Part shown: positions 30,143 through 40,737 of the stretch, in pieces
Layout of the letters: each line of letters opens with the position of its first letter
Position numbering within the stretch: the first letter of the stretch is position 1
Assembly: GCA_964403595.1 (NCBI GenBank)
Contig: CAYOGM010000001.1
Span: forward strand, 11,676-75,675
Source of the DNA: an uncultured Acetatifactor sp.
GTDB taxonomy: Bacteria; Bacillota; Clostridia; Lachnospirales; Lachnospiraceae
DNA: 64,000 bases
Direction: 5' to 3'
The notes under the pieces: generated by a model
Told to the model about the DNA's origin: nothing
Seen by the model: only the letters and a program-made list of their open reading frames with translations
Database searches by the model: none
Program-made: the position numbers and the translations under genes

Positions 30143-31999
30143 TTACTCTCCCTTTATCATTCTGGCATTCTCTGCCAGTTCACCGTACTTATTCACAACC
30201 AGTGCAAACTGATTACTTTCCTTAATACAATAGAAATTATCGTCAAATCCTTCCCAATCTAGGAATCCATTTCCTACAAGATAGAAAGCATCCTCCTCCA
30301 AATCAACCTCATCAGAATGAATTACTGTAAGAGGTTTTTCAGCCAAAAGGAACTGGAAACTCTCTGACCAATAACGGGATTCTGTGTTGCTTAGATAATA
30401 AACATTCTGACTCATGTCATCATCTACTATATCTATCCAACTCACTACATTTTGGATATTTACAATTCGCAAAAGTTGCTTTTCTGTGATGGTAGTAAAC
30501 ACCAGATTATAAGCAGTAGTAACAAACATACATACAATTGGTCCAACAATCAAACACTTGCGAACCCAGTCTGTTTTCTTCCATGGTTGCGCCTTCATAA
30601 GCAACATAACAAACATACTGATTGCAATGCTCATACAAGCAAATCCCAGAACAGCTCCCTGTGCCGAAACACCCTTTTGCAGGAACAAAGATGTACTGAT
30701 GCTATGATATGCCTGGTACGCAGTCGCATTATCTCTATTCAATACATTCTGGCATATCCATCCACAAACTATCGTCATAAGCACATATGCTGTAGCCTTG
30801 AAGATCCATTTCTCGTCCTTTAAAAAAGCCATAACACCCATCACAAAATATACACCAATCATGTATTCTGTATAGCGTCCATAGAGCAACATATCATTAC
30901 GTCCGCCACCCTGCATATAGATGGCTGCAATCATAAAATTACCACCAAAAGCCAGTAACAGCCATGCATACCAAAAACAAATATCTACAGACACTTCTCG
31001 CACTTGCTTTTTCTTCTTATCCTTTTTCACACTCTCATAGGTATTCTTGACACCGACAAAAGCATTTCTAAACAAAGTTTCTGCACTCCACCATGCCATC
31101 ATTAGGGTGGCAGCAAAGAGATAAAACCACTTTCCGACAAAACTCTCGAGGAATATTTTAAACCCATCTACAGTAAAAATAGCCGCAATCTTATCCCCCT
31201 GCCCCCCCAGCTCATTCTTGTCAACTTTAAGATTATTGAAATAATATTCATTAAGTAAATCTGTCTTAATTAGCTTGTGTATCACCATCAATACAACCAT
31301 AGCCACAGCAAATGCAATAATATTCTTCCTTCTGCTCTTATCCACGCAGAAGCACCACACCATCACCATCACCGTAGCAATAGCAACAGCCAAGGTTCTC
31401 TGGTGAACCACATACAAGCACATAACAACCGCTGCCAAACCAATATGATTCATCATACTTGGTGTCTTAATCACCTTCAGACTAAGCCATACAAATACCC
31501 AGAATACAAACACAAGTGTACACTCTGCCCATGCAATATGAGAAAACACAAGATTGCTAGGATAAAGCATAACAACGAAACACACCACATCAATCAACAT
31601 CTGATTTGCATCCTCAAACAGCTGACGTGATACGTTTCTTGCAATCCAATAGCTCCCCACCAAAAGCAAACCATTTGCCACAATAGCTGCCCGATACATT
31701 ACTGCCGGCGAAGAGAAAATCAAACGAATAGGTGTGAGAATCAAAAAGCCATAACCATAAGAATAGTAAGGTATGCCGCTTCCCACTGACGTCCAGTCCG
31801 TTCCTGTCAGGTACGCGCTGGCCATCCAGTATCCAAATTCATCATCATACAAAAGCAACTGATTAAAGTCACCTATGCCCCAAATCGCAAGGGCAAATAA
31901 AACGAGCGATAAAAAAGAGGGCAACACCCACTTTCTCTGCTCCATAAGTTTTCCCACTTTATCCGGTACACTTATAATCTTTTGTAACACTGCGTTCAT
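30143..31999 (-). CDS. GT-C-like polytopic membrane protein
   Basis: LYDDEFGYW, YYSYGYG, LYGRYTEY and multiple TMs. RBS GAAAGG before ATG 31999. Confidence 0.6.
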   Translation of the reverse strand: MNAVLQKIISVPDKVGKLMEQRKWVLPSFLSLVLFALAIWGIGDFNQLLLYDDEFGYWMASAYLTGTDWTSVGSGIPYYSYGYGFLILTPIRLIFSSPAVMYRAAIVANGLLLVGSYWIARNVSRQLFEDANQMLIDVVCFVVMLYPSNLVFSHIAWAECTLVFVFWVFVWLSLKVIKTPSMMNHIGLAAVVMCLYVVHQRTLAVAIATVMVMVWCFCVDKSRRKNIIAFAVAMVVLMVIHKLIKTDLLNEYYFNNLKVDKNELGGQGDKIAAIFTVDGFKIFLESFVGKWFYLFAATLMMAWWSAETLFRNAFVGVKNTYESVKKDKKKKQVREVSVDICFWYAWLLLAFGGNFMIAAIYMQGGGRNDMLLYGRYTEYMIGVYFVMGVMAFLKDEKWIFKATAYVLMTIVCGWICQNVLNRDNATAYQAYHSISTSLFLQKGVSAQGAVLGFACMSIAISMFVMLLMKAQPWKKTDWVRKCLIVGPIVCMFVTTAYNLVFTTITEKQLLRIVNIQNVVSWIDIVDDDMSQNVYYLSNTESRYWSESFQFLLAEKPLTVIHSDEVDLEEDAFYLVGNGFLDWEGFDDNFYCIKESNQFALVVNKYGELAENARMIKGE

Positions 32000-32070
32000 T
32001 TCCACTACACCTTTCGATACTATACTACAAGATTTTAGCACATTTATAATATAATGTCCATGGTTAACGC

Positions 32071-32102
32071 AAAAAAAGGAACCGGAAAATTCCGGTTCCT
32101 TT
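32071..32102 (-). terminator. Rho-independent terminator
   Basis: GGAACCGGAA-loop-TTCCGGTTCC followed by T7 on the minus strand, just after the stop at 32123. Confidence 0.85.
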
Positions 32103-32122
32103 GGAAAAACTTTCGTTTTTAA

Positions 32123-34450
32123 TTATTTAACGTCGTTACCGTCGTTGGTAGCGTCATTACCGTCGCCAGTAGCGTCGTTGCCATCTCCAGTAGCATCCTC
32201 GCCAGGGTGAGTGCCATCCTCACCACCGTGAGTACCTTCATCAGTGGAACTGGACTTGATTACAGTAACAGTAATGGATGCCTTCTTGCCACTCTCAGAC
32301 TGAGCGGTTACCTTAACCTTGCTGCCTGCGTGCAGAGCATATACATTACCGAGCTCATCAACAGATACGCCATCCTTGTTTACGGAGTAGCTAATCTTGT
32401 CGTAAGGATCGTTAGAACCGGTTGCATTCAGATTGAATACCTTACCCTCTTCTACAGTAACTGTAGACTTCTTAACAGAAGTTACATCCTTTGCATTTAC
32501 ATTGAAGGTAATCTTGTTAGCACCCTTTACAACCTTAACCTGACCGTAGGTAGTGATTACCTGACCGCCGGGAGTCTTGGTAGAAGCCTTTACAGTGATA
32601 ACATCACCATTCTTGGTAACATTCTTTGCAATTGCAACTTTACCCTTCTTTGCATCCACGGTAACACCGCTTCTGTCCTTGGTAACATCTACGTCATTAT
32701 TGGTAATGCTAACGATTTCGTAAGCAACATCACCAACTGCGTTCTTAACAGGAGCCTTTACAGCACTGAAGGAAACGCTCTTCTTTGCACCTGCATTTGC
32801 AAACTGTACAGCTTTCTTCATAGACAGACCGGTTACAGGCTGCTGAACCTTTACCTTGTAGCTGATTGTCTTAGGCTTACCATTACTCAAAGTAACAGTT
32901 GCCTTGATGGTTGCCTTACCTGCCTTGATAGCGGTTGCATTGCCGTTTGCATCAATAGTCATAATCTTCTTGCTGGAAGTAGACCATGTAATATCCTCTG
33001 CAGCAGTACCCTCGCCACTAAGCTTTGCAGTGAACTGATAGCCTTCGCCTACCCACATGGTTGCAGGAGCCTTAGTTGCCTCAATATCAGTAACAGGGGA
33101 AGGAACTACACTAACCTCAAACTTAGCAGAAACACTAGGAGTCTTCTTGCTGGTTACAGTAATAGTAGCATTACCTTCCTTCACAGCACTAACAACACCC
33201 TTGCTGGATACTTTCGCAACCTTCGTATTGCTGGAAGTCCAAGTCAATTTATCCTTATTCAACTCATGATCCTTGATAGCATTCAAGGTGATTTTCTTCT
33301 TAACATGAACAGTAGCAGAAGTCTCACCATTGTCTACATTCACAATCTTAAGGCTCTTGAGAGCAGCATTAGCGGTTACAGTTACAGTAGCCTTCTTGCC
33401 GCTTGCAGCCTTTACAGTAATCTTCGCGCTACCAACACCAACTGCCTCGATAGTAGCAGTGCCATCTTCATTTTCAACAACGGATACGATGCCGGGCTTA
33501 GCGGAAGACCACTCAAAGAAATCAGTGTGCTTATCAGTCTTGTCCTGAGTAGCATCAACTACAACCTTAAGAGTCTCAGTCTTGCCAATATCATCCAAAG
33601 CCAGCTTGCTAACCTTGCCTGCTGCAGACTTCTTCTCGATATGAAGCTTAGTAACAGGGTTACCCTTCTCAACAGTGATAGTAGTTGTAGCTGCTACACC
33701 ATGCTCAGAAGCTGCTCTAAGAACTACAGTACCAACCTTCTTCATGGTTACTACACCATTCTTATCAACAGTTGCAATCTTCTTGTCGCTTACGGAATAA
33801 GTAACTTTGTCATTACCATTCTTGATAATTTCCTTAGCGAAGTTAACCTTCTGCTTTAAGTACCAAGTATAGCTCTCCTGAGCAAAGCTCATCTCAGTAG
33901 TATACTGCTTTACATTGATAACAACGCTGTCCTTCTTACCACCTGCGTTAACAGTTACGGTAGCCTTACCACCCTTTACAGCAGTGATAACAGCCTTGTT
34001 GCCGTCCTGCTCAACAGTTACAGCATCGCTGTCTGCAGACCAGTTAACATCATACTTTACATCTTTGTTGGTGATAACAGTAGCCTCAAGCTCGATGGGA
34101 GCATCGCCTACTACTACATCATAGGTCTTGCTGCCGTTGATAACAACGCCAATTACCTGAGGCGCGGTCTCGCCGTCAACACCATCAGTAGTGCTGTCAT
34201 TACCATCATTGGTGCTATCGCTAGCGTCGGTAGTACCATCATTTGCATCGGTAGTACCATCGTTTGCATCGGTAGTACCATCGTTTGCATCAGTAGTACC
34301 CTGGTCAGCCAAAACAACAGCCTTGTCTTCGCCGTCCATAACTACTACAGAACCGGTATTCACTGCACTGTAATTCGCAGCAGATACAGGAACTTCAGCT
34401 ACCATAACGCAAGCCATCATGATAGCAATTGCATTTAAGAACTTTTTCAT
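32123..34450 (-). CDS. Secreted multi-Ig (Big_2) surface protein with D/T/G/N-rich heptad repeats at both ends
   Basis: Signal peptide ending VSA-A, repeated TWTSSNTKVAKVSSKGVVSAVKEGNATITV-type Big_2 units, strongly biased codon usage, RBS AGGAGG. Confidence 0.85.
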   Translation of the reverse strand: MKKFLNAIAIMMACVMVAEVPVSAANYSAVNTGSVVVMDGEDKAVVLADQGTTDANDGTTDANDGTTDANDGTTDASDSTNDGNDSTTDGVDGETAPQVIGVVINGSKTYDVVVGDAPIELEATVITNKDVKYDVNWSADSDAVTVEQDGNKAVITAVKGGKATVTVNAGGKKDSVVINVKQYTTEMSFAQESYTWYLKQKVNFAKEIIKNGNDKVTYSVSDKKIATVDKNGVVTMKKVGTVVLRAASEHGVAATTTITVEKGNPVTKLHIEKKSAAGKVSKLALDDIGKTETLKVVVDATQDKTDKHTDFFEWSSAKPGIVSVVENEDGTATIEAVGVGSAKITVKAASGKKATVTVTANAALKSLKIVNVDNGETSATVHVKKKITLNAIKDHELNKDKLTWTSSNTKVAKVSSKGVVSAVKEGNATITVTSKKTPSVSAKFEVSVVPSPVTDIEATKAPATMWVGEGYQFTAKLSGEGTAAEDITWSTSSKKIMTIDANGNATAIKAGKATIKATVTLSNGKPKTISYKVKVQQPVTGLSMKKAVQFANAGAKKSVSFSAVKAPVKNAVGDVAYEIVSITNNDVDVTKDRSGVTVDAKKGKVAIAKNVTKNGDVITVKASTKTPGGQVITTYGQVKVVKGANKITFNVNAKDVTSVKKSTVTVEEGKVFNLNATGSNDPYDKISYSVNKDGVSVDELGNVYALHAGSKVKVTAQSESGKKASITVTVIKSSSTDEGTHGGEDGTHPGEDATGDGNDATGDGNDATNDGNDVK
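32128..32200 (-). repeat. Degenerate 21-bp tandem repeat encoding DATGDGN / DATNDGN
   Basis: Seen directly at the C-terminus of the Big_2 protein. Confidence 0.75.
34224..34300 (-). repeat. 21-bp tandem repeat (about 3.5 copies) encoding GTTDAND
   Basis: GTAGTACCATCGTTTGCATCG units seen on the plus strand. Confidence 0.9.
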
Positions 34451-34502
34451 TATTGCCTCCTCCTAAATATTAAAACGTTTAAGTATTTACAATGCAAGGG
34501 TT

Positions 34503-34531
34503 ATTATATTCCCCCAAAAACGGTTTTGCAA
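34503..34531 (-). promoter_or_regulatory. Sigma70/SigA-type promoter for the Big_2 protein gene
   Basis: TTGCAA-N17-TATAAT on the minus strand, about 50 nt upstream of ATG 34450, with an A-tract upstream. Confidence 0.75.
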
Positions 34532-34721
34532 GTATTTTTTGTTTTTTTGGCAAAAATATGACAATTATACCATATCCCATTCCCGAAACCATCCCGAAAT
34601 CGTCAATATGCCTATAAAGGTATTGCCTTATAAAGCCGACCCGTATAATTACTAGTAATTTCTTCCTATATAGTAGTGCCTGTTATTTAATTCCCGTGCC
34701 AAATCACGTGCTCTTTGTACC

Positions 34722-34755
34722 AAAAAGGCAACGGAGATTGCTCCCCGCTGCCCTT
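34722..34755 (-). terminator. Rho-independent terminator
   Basis: GGCAGCGGGG-AGCAAT-CTCCGTTGCC (with G-U pairs) followed by T5 on the minus strand, after the stop at 34792. Confidence 0.7.
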
Positions 34756-34791
34756 CATAGGTAATATTTACCTATATTATATTGTTAATTC

Positions 34792-37700
34792 TTACTGCTC
34801 ATTCAGCATTGCAGGCTGCTTATCACCTACAGAATACAGGCTCTGCTCGTCGCCGTAGAAGAATGCAGCATCTCCTACCTCACTTACCCATATGGTATGT
34901 CTCGCAATTACCTGCTTAGAAATCTTGGACTTAACCTCAATCACTGTATATCCGGCTTTGTTAGCCTTGAAGTTTGCAGTGAAGGAAGAGCCGCTTCCGC
35001 CATTAGCCTTTATGGTACCAACCTTCTTGTCGGAACTGGTCCAAATCAGTGAATCTGCTGCAGTATTGTTGTCAGCATACATAACAAAGGTATAGGTATT
35101 GCCGGTATAGATTGTATTTGCTCCTAGGTTACCTGCAAGACTATATATATAGAACTCCTCACCGCCATATACATTCCCAGCAAGGGAAGTATAACTTACA
35201 GGCACCTTGGTAGTCTTAACAGCCTTCTTCACCATGTTGGACTCTACATATACGCCATCCTCGTCATCGTATACCGCAGTTACCTGTACAGTATACTTGG
35301 ACTGTTTGGTCAGGCCCTGAACAGAGAACTCATAAAGCTTGGTATCTTCATTGTAAAGTTCCCACAGATAATAGAGGTCACTGTCAACAATTCTACCGCT
35401 TGCATCAACCGCTTCAACCTTAACTTTATTAGCCTTTCCTGCATCAGCAAAGCTCATCTTTACAAACTTATCAACAACCATGGTTGCTTTAAGGTTCTTT
35501 ACAGGAGTCATTGCTACCGTACTAATCGTACCGGTTGCCTCGATATTCCAATAAACATCCTTAATATTAAGATTGCTCAGAGTGCCACCTTCCTTAACTG
35601 CTACAATTTCACTTCCGCTTGAATTCAGCTTGAAGTACTCACTCTCATTAATTGCTTTCTTGGACTCTTCAGTCAGAACAAGATTCTTGCTGAAGGAACC
35701 GGACAGCTTGGTCTTGCCTTCATAATAAGTTACCAACTGGGAAAGGCTCATGCTCTGTCCCACCTGCATCTTCACATTATTAACCATCAGCTTGTCAGGA
35801 TTTACAGTAATGGTGAAAGGTTTCCACTCAGAAATTGTACCACTTACAGTATCACCTACTGCAACCCATACCTGACCAGCACCCTTCATGGTCATCTTGC
35901 CGGCCTTAGTAATGGTCGCAAGAGAGGTAGACTGGAAGTAATAGGTCTGACCGTAATCGTAATCATACTGGGTCGCCCAGCCATCCTCCCACCAGATAGC
36001 CTTATTCCAATCGGGATTAGTAGTTCTCTGAGCCACATAGTACACAAGCTTGGGAGCCTGATAGCTCTTCGCATAATCACCCTTCAGAGGCAGTGAATAG
36101 ATTGACATATCCATAGCATCTGCTGCAGGCTTATAAGCCTTCTCCCAGAATTCACCCAATGCGGAGAAGGTCACACTCTTCTTGGTCAAAGGAATCTCAT
36201 ATCTGCCATAGCTCTTATTATAGGTAATAGGTTGCTTTTCATCATAAGTAACCGTAAGGTTTTCTACCTGGGATTTAGTAGTCTTGAAACTCTTTACCGT
36301 ACCCTTTACAGAAACTGCAACCTTGCAACCATCTTCGCAATAACGTGTATATTCACTATTATTGCTATCACCATAATAGTATTCTGTAGCAATTCTGGGA
36401 CGGCTGGTGTTGCGAACATATACGGTGTAATCCTTGCCGGGCTCCAGTCCGGATACATCCACATAAGTAGCAGATTTAGCATTAGTGTATCTGGGCGCAG
36501 TCACGAAGAAGCTCACCCAGTGCTGCTGTTCCATTGCAGCAATCTTCTGCTCGAATACATCAGCCTTGATACCCTTACCTTCCAATACGTAAACTTCTCT
36601 GCGCGCGCCATCCTTGATAGCAGTGATGTTCACGCGTACATTATCGTCTCTTACACGAAGCTTGCCCAGCTTAGGTGCACTTACATCAGAAACGGTAATG
36701 GTAACCGCCACGCTCTTAGCACCTTCAATGGCAACCTTCTCACCGGTCTTGGAATCATATCTTGCGGGATATACAGTAACAGTTGCTTTACCAATTTTGA
36801 GAGCAGTAATGTGACCTGTCTCATCTACGCACAGCACACTGCTGTCATCCACTCTGTATCCCAAACAGATGACATCTGCCATCTCTTTCTTGGTAATCTT
36901 AACATCCAGCCACTGCTCTTCACCTACTGCCATCTTCTTAGCAGGGGAAATCAGAGCAAGGGACTTGGGCGCAACAGCTTCCTCCATGTTAGCCATCATT
37001 ACAGCATTGGTGAAATCAAGAGTAAACTTCTCAACATAGCCGGGCTCCCAGCAAATTTCAAAGCTCTTGGTATCCTTAGCTGTAGCATCGAAAGTAACAT
37101 ATACTCCATAAGAATCGCTGCCCAACACATAACCGCCAGCCTTGGTGATGCTGTTTTCAAAGCTTGCATCATTTCTTACAGAATAATCTGTACCTTCATA
37201 TTCATAAGGTCTTCTGATTCTCAGTGTTACATAGTTGCCGGATACAGTCTCAACACCATTATATGCATTGTAGCTGTAAGGTACAGCTGCCATAGGCTTA
37301 ATGGCATGCTCCATATCCTTAACACTGTCAGCAATGGTAGATTTTGCAAAATTGCCGTAGCTTGTTGCAGAAACTACAGAATTACCTCTTACAGTTGTGA
37401 AGGTCGTAACCTTGCTGGTAAGCTTGTAGTTTCTCTCTCTCTGGCTGTCAAGCTCACCCTTGAACTCTACAGTATAAGTTGCGTTACCACGGAAAACATC
37501 GCTCCAGTAACCAATCTCATTGCCCTTTGCATCCTTTACAACAATTTCATAGTCATTCATACCCAGGAAGTAATCATAAAGAGCAAAATTGAAATAAGAA
37601 GCATCACGCTCTGCAACGCCATCAAACACAACGCTCATTTCATCGAAGTTTTCATAAGCATAAGTTCCTGCTACAACAGAGCCGCTGATAATAACCTCTG

Positions 37701-40617
37701 CAGTCAGCTCCTTTTCCTCGATGGTAACAACTGCCACCTCAGTATCCTTAACAGGTGCATAGGTAGCATCACCGGTATAATTTACAATGATGGTATAGGT
37801 ACCTGCCTTGTAAGGCGCATTGCTATACCATGTAGCACCATCCTCTTCCTCGTATACCCACCAGTAATCAAGCTCAACATCCGTAACCGCGCTCTTGTTG
37901 CTTGCTTTAACAACCTTTACAAGACCATTTTCGATATCCTTGCTCAAATCCCATCTCTCGCCATCGTATACCTTGCTGGTTGCACTCAGCTTAGTCTTGT
38001 CTACAACAACTTCAAGGACTTCGGTTCCCATATTCACCAGCTCGATAGGAGCAGTCTTATGGAAATAATTTCTCTCTACATTACCATTTTTCTCTGTTTC
38101 TGTATAATCAATGTAGTTGCTGATGCCGTTTACGTTACTATACAGATAAAGATTTCTCACCTCTACACGATAGGAATTACCCTTTGTAAAGGTGCCGTAG
38201 AAATCATTGTACTCACCGGGTTTCTCAGCGGTTGCCTCCTCGATACCCCAGTAAATCTCATAATCATCTTCGCCCAGCACAAGCACCTCGCCGGCATCTG
38301 CGCCGTCCGTGGTCCCATCTGCGCCATCATGACTGGATGCTATGCGAATCTCATACTCAATAGCATCATAATCATAAGAATATTCCATAGTCTCAGTAAG
38401 TACAGAAGGTACGGTCACAGGTACCACCTGAATCTTCTGGGGCTCAATTCTGTAATAAATTACAGTACCGCTTGCATGATATTCATTAGCAGGATCACGA
38501 TAGTAAATCTGCAACATATAATTACCTGCATCCACAGGGCTGTTGCGATAGTTCTTAAAGTCCTCATAAGAGCTTCCATACCAAAGCTGTCTCCAGGTAT
38601 TTTGACCGGTAGCATCTTCATTCATTGCAAACCAGATATAAGAAATAGAAGAATCTGCTCCTTCTGCGATTACATTGTTGCCGTTTGAAGCATCAAGTAC
38701 CTTCGCAATCTTATATTCTGCACGCTCCTCATAAATAGGCTTACCATCATATGTCTTGGTGATAGGCTTATCAAAGGAAATACCAGCACCATTTACAAGC
38801 AATGCAGAAGCATCAAGCACCGCTGCTTTACCGGGATTCACAGTAACAGGCAATACTTTTGCCTCTAATACAGCTTCCTCAACATTTACACAGTAGTTAG
38901 AATCTGCATTGCCTGTGTAATTATTGATAGAATAGTAGTTAGCGTATCCTCCGGTAAGATAATATGTAGCCTTCTGACCGCTGAAAGCTACGCGATAATT
39001 GTTGCCATAATTCAAGCTTCCATTATAGCTGCCATAGACCTTCTTCTCATCCTCAGTGCCGGCATTCTCAGTCCACTCAATCTGAACCTCGAACACAGGC
39101 TCATAAATATAGGTTCTACCATTATTATTGCGATTACCCCAGATATGATTTTTGTCAATAGTAACCTCCTGACCCTTTGCATCCACTGCAATATAATCGA
39201 TATAATCCAGAACATCACTATCGGTCATGCCGGGATAGAACTCAGGCACCTCATCATTCTTCCACTTGGGAATCAGAGTCAGCTCCTTAGGTGCAACATA
39301 AACAGTCATACCTCTCTTGCTGCTTGCATACAAACCTGCCTTGCCTGCATAGTTCACATAATAGGTATAATAACCTGCATCTACAGGAGCCTTATCAAGC
39401 CAGACACCCTCGTCGTTGTCATACCACTCGTATGTAATATCTTCTGCTGCAAAAGTAATAGGCTGCCAACCATACTCGCCCTGTTCATTCTCACCATAGT
39501 AGCCGATTTCAATAGTATAATCAACTTTCTCAACAGGCGCATCCACATCCTCACCATCAAAACTGGTGGTATAGGTATCATAAGAACCGTTTTCATTCTT
39601 CCACTTATCAGTGGGAGTAAGTGTGATATAGGTCGCAATCAGATCTGCCATTTCCAACTTCTTGCTGACTGTGGTATCAGGAAGGGTAAAATTGCCCTTC
39701 TGCTCCTCAGATACATTATCAGTGAAGCTTACCGCAACCTGTGCATAATAGTCGCCGGTCTTAAGAAGTACATCATCTTCCTTCAATGCAGCACCGGTAT
39801 ATGCATCAACTACGGTTACGTCAGCCTTCAACTGTGAAGTCGCAGCATCCTCTGTAGCAGTAAAGTACTCATAACTGTACCAACCATAGCCACTATACTC
39901 GCTATAGTTATACACTCTTGCAGATGCTGTTACATCAGCTTTAACATCTTTTACCTTAGTTCCGGGCTCAACACCATAGCCATACTCACCGTAGGAAACA
40001 TCCAGACTAAGCTCTGTAGGGGTAATTTCAAAAAGAATACCCTCAGACATTGCCGCACTTACATCCTTCACCTCAGGAATCTCAATCAAAAGCTGATAAA
40101 TTCCTGCAGGAGAATACAAAGTAGGTGCACTCTGCAAGTCCTCGAACTTATCTCCCTTCTTCACCTGCCACTTTGTGGTGTAGTTCAAACCTTCCCTCCA
40201 TGAAAGCTCTCCCAAAGAACACAACTCCTCACCGTTTTTCATAACGATAATATTGTTGTTGCGCATCCATGTAGCAGTCCAATAGTACAAATAGTCATTC
40301 AGCTCCTGGCTTCTGTACTCTGCCACAAGCTCTGCTCCATACCAATTCTCCAGTCTCTCCGCAAAAGTCTCTGTATCCAAAGAATACCGGGCCAGATTGG
40401 AATCCTCTCCATCGGTACTGGATGTATCCGTACTCTGTACAGCAGCCTCACCGGTGCCTTCAGGTACGATAGAAACAGTACTTTCATCTGTCGCGGATGT
40501 CTCCGCAGCAGATGCTGTGGTTGCAGGCATACTGCCTGTCACCATTACCGCTGCCAGCAAAAGTGCAAGAAACTTCTTACTCTTCGCAAACAGCTTGTTC
40601 TTCATGAAACTATTCAT
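34792..40617 (-). CDS. Large secreted surface protein (1941 aa) with YDG/MBG-like, Big_2 and FN3-like beta-sandwich domains
   Basis: Signal peptide FLALLLAAVMVTG..ASA-AE, KTYDG/KVYDG repeats, GLEPGKDYTVYV (FN3-like), WTSSDKKV (Big_2). RBS GGGAGGAG. Confidence 0.8.
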   Translation of the reverse strand: MNSFMKNKLFAKSKKFLALLLAAVMVTGSMPATTASAAETSATDESTVSIVPEGTGEAAVQSTDTSSTDGEDSNLARYSLDTETFAERLENWYGAELVAEYRSQELNDYLYYWTATWMRNNNIIVMKNGEELCSLGELSWREGLNYTTKWQVKKGDKFEDLQSAPTLYSPAGIYQLLIEIPEVKDVSAAMSEGILFEITPTELSLDVSYGEYGYGVEPGTKVKDVKADVTASARVYNYSEYSGYGWYSYEYFTATEDAATSQLKADVTVVDAYTGAALKEDDVLLKTGDYYAQVAVSFTDNVSEEQKGNFTLPDTTVSKKLEMADLIATYITLTPTDKWKNENGSYDTYTTSFDGEDVDAPVEKVDYTIEIGYYGENEQGEYGWQPITFAAEDITYEWYDNDEGVWLDKAPVDAGYYTYYVNYAGKAGLYASSKRGMTVYVAPKELTLIPKWKNDEVPEFYPGMTDSDVLDYIDYIAVDAKGQEVTIDKNHIWGNRNNNGRTYIYEPVFEVQIEWTENAGTEDEKKVYGSYNGSLNYGNNYRVAFSGQKATYYLTGGYANYYSINNYTGNADSNYCVNVEEAVLEAKVLPVTVNPGKAAVLDASALLVNGAGISFDKPITKTYDGKPIYEERAEYKIAKVLDASNGNNVIAEGADSSISYIWFAMNEDATGQNTWRQLWYGSSYEDFKNYRNSPVDAGNYMLQIYYRDPANEYHASGTVIYYRIEPQKIQVVPVTVPSVLTETMEYSYDYDAIEYEIRIASSHDGADGTTDGADAGEVLVLGEDDYEIYWGIEEATAEKPGEYNDFYGTFTKGNSYRVEVRNLYLYSNVNGISNYIDYTETEKNGNVERNYFHKTAPIELVNMGTEVLEVVVDKTKLSATSKVYDGERWDLSKDIENGLVKVVKASNKSAVTDVELDYWWVYEEEDGATWYSNAPYKAGTYTIIVNYTGDATYAPVKDTEVAVVTIEEKELTAEVIISGSVVAGTYAYENFDEMSVVFDGVAERDASYFNFALYDYFLGMNDYEIVVKDAKGNEIGYWSDVFRGNATYTVEFKGELDSQRERNYKLTSKVTTFTTVRGNSVVSATSYGNFAKSTIADSVKDMEHAIKPMAAVPYSYNAYNGVETVSGNYVTLRIRRPYEYEGTDYSVRNDASFENSITKAGGYVLGSDSYGVYVTFDATAKDTKSFEICWEPGYVEKFTLDFTNAVMMANMEEAVAPKSLALISPAKKMAVGEEQWLDVKITKKEMADVICLGYRVDDSSVLCVDETGHITALKIGKATVTVYPARYDSKTGEKVAIEGAKSVAVTITVSDVSAPKLGKLRVRDDNVRVNITAIKDGARREVYVLEGKGIKADVFEQKIAAMEQQHWVSFFVTAPRYTNAKSATYVDVSGLEPGKDYTVYVRNTSRPRIATEYYYGDSNNSEYTRYCEDGCKVAVSVKGTVKSFKTTKSQVENLTVTYDEKQPITYNKSYGRYEIPLTKKSVTFSALGEFWEKAYKPAADAMDMSIYSLPLKGDYAKSYQAPKLVYYVAQRTTNPDWNKAIWWEDGWATQYDYDYGQTYYFQSTSLATITKAGKMTMKGAGQVWVAVGDTVSGTISEWKPFTITVNPDKLMVNNVKMQVGQSMSLSQLVTYYEGKTKLSGSFSKNLVLTEESKKAINESEYFKLNSSGSEIVAVKEGGTLSNLNIKDVYWNIEATGTISTVAMTPVKNLKATMVVDKFVKMSFADAGKANKVKVEAVDASGRIVDSDLYYLWELYNEDTKLYEFSVQGLTKQSKYTVQVTAVYDDEDGVYVESNMVKKAVKTTKVPVSYTSLAGNVYGGEEFYIYSLAGNLGANTIYTGNTYTFVMYADNNTAADSLIWTSSDKKVGTIKANGGSGSSFTANFKANKAGYTVIEVKSKISKQVIARHTIWVSEVGDAAFFYGDEQSLYSVGDKQPAMLNEQ

Positions 40618-40660
40618 GAATTACTCCTCCCTTCGTTTTTTTATAACGCAGATTCTTTCT

Positions 40661-40690
40661 ACAATATTATTTATCGACAGAATTTGTCAA
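40661..40690 (-). promoter_or_regulatory. Putative SigA promoter TTGACA-N18-TATTGT
   Basis: Perfect -35 box; same architecture as the promoter at 52595-52624 upstream of the paralog. Confidence 0.55.
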
Positions 40691-40737
40691 TTTGTTAACG
40701 GTCTTTGCCTGCATAATTTTTCGTAGAATTATGTCCA

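Noticed and set aside
31202..31208. Homopolymer runs (C7 here; A/T8 near 9544, 15891, 19441, 21369) as phase-variation switches
   Set aside because: The runs are short, expected in AT-rich DNA, and all the genes remain in frame.
36232..38688. Long plus-strand ORFs (818 aa here; also 32207-33859, 48990-50000, 50184-52118, 42987-43745)
   Set aside because: They lie antisense to codon-biased surface-protein genes, have no RBS or recognisable motifs, and have the I/S/C/L-rich composition typical of shadow ORFs.
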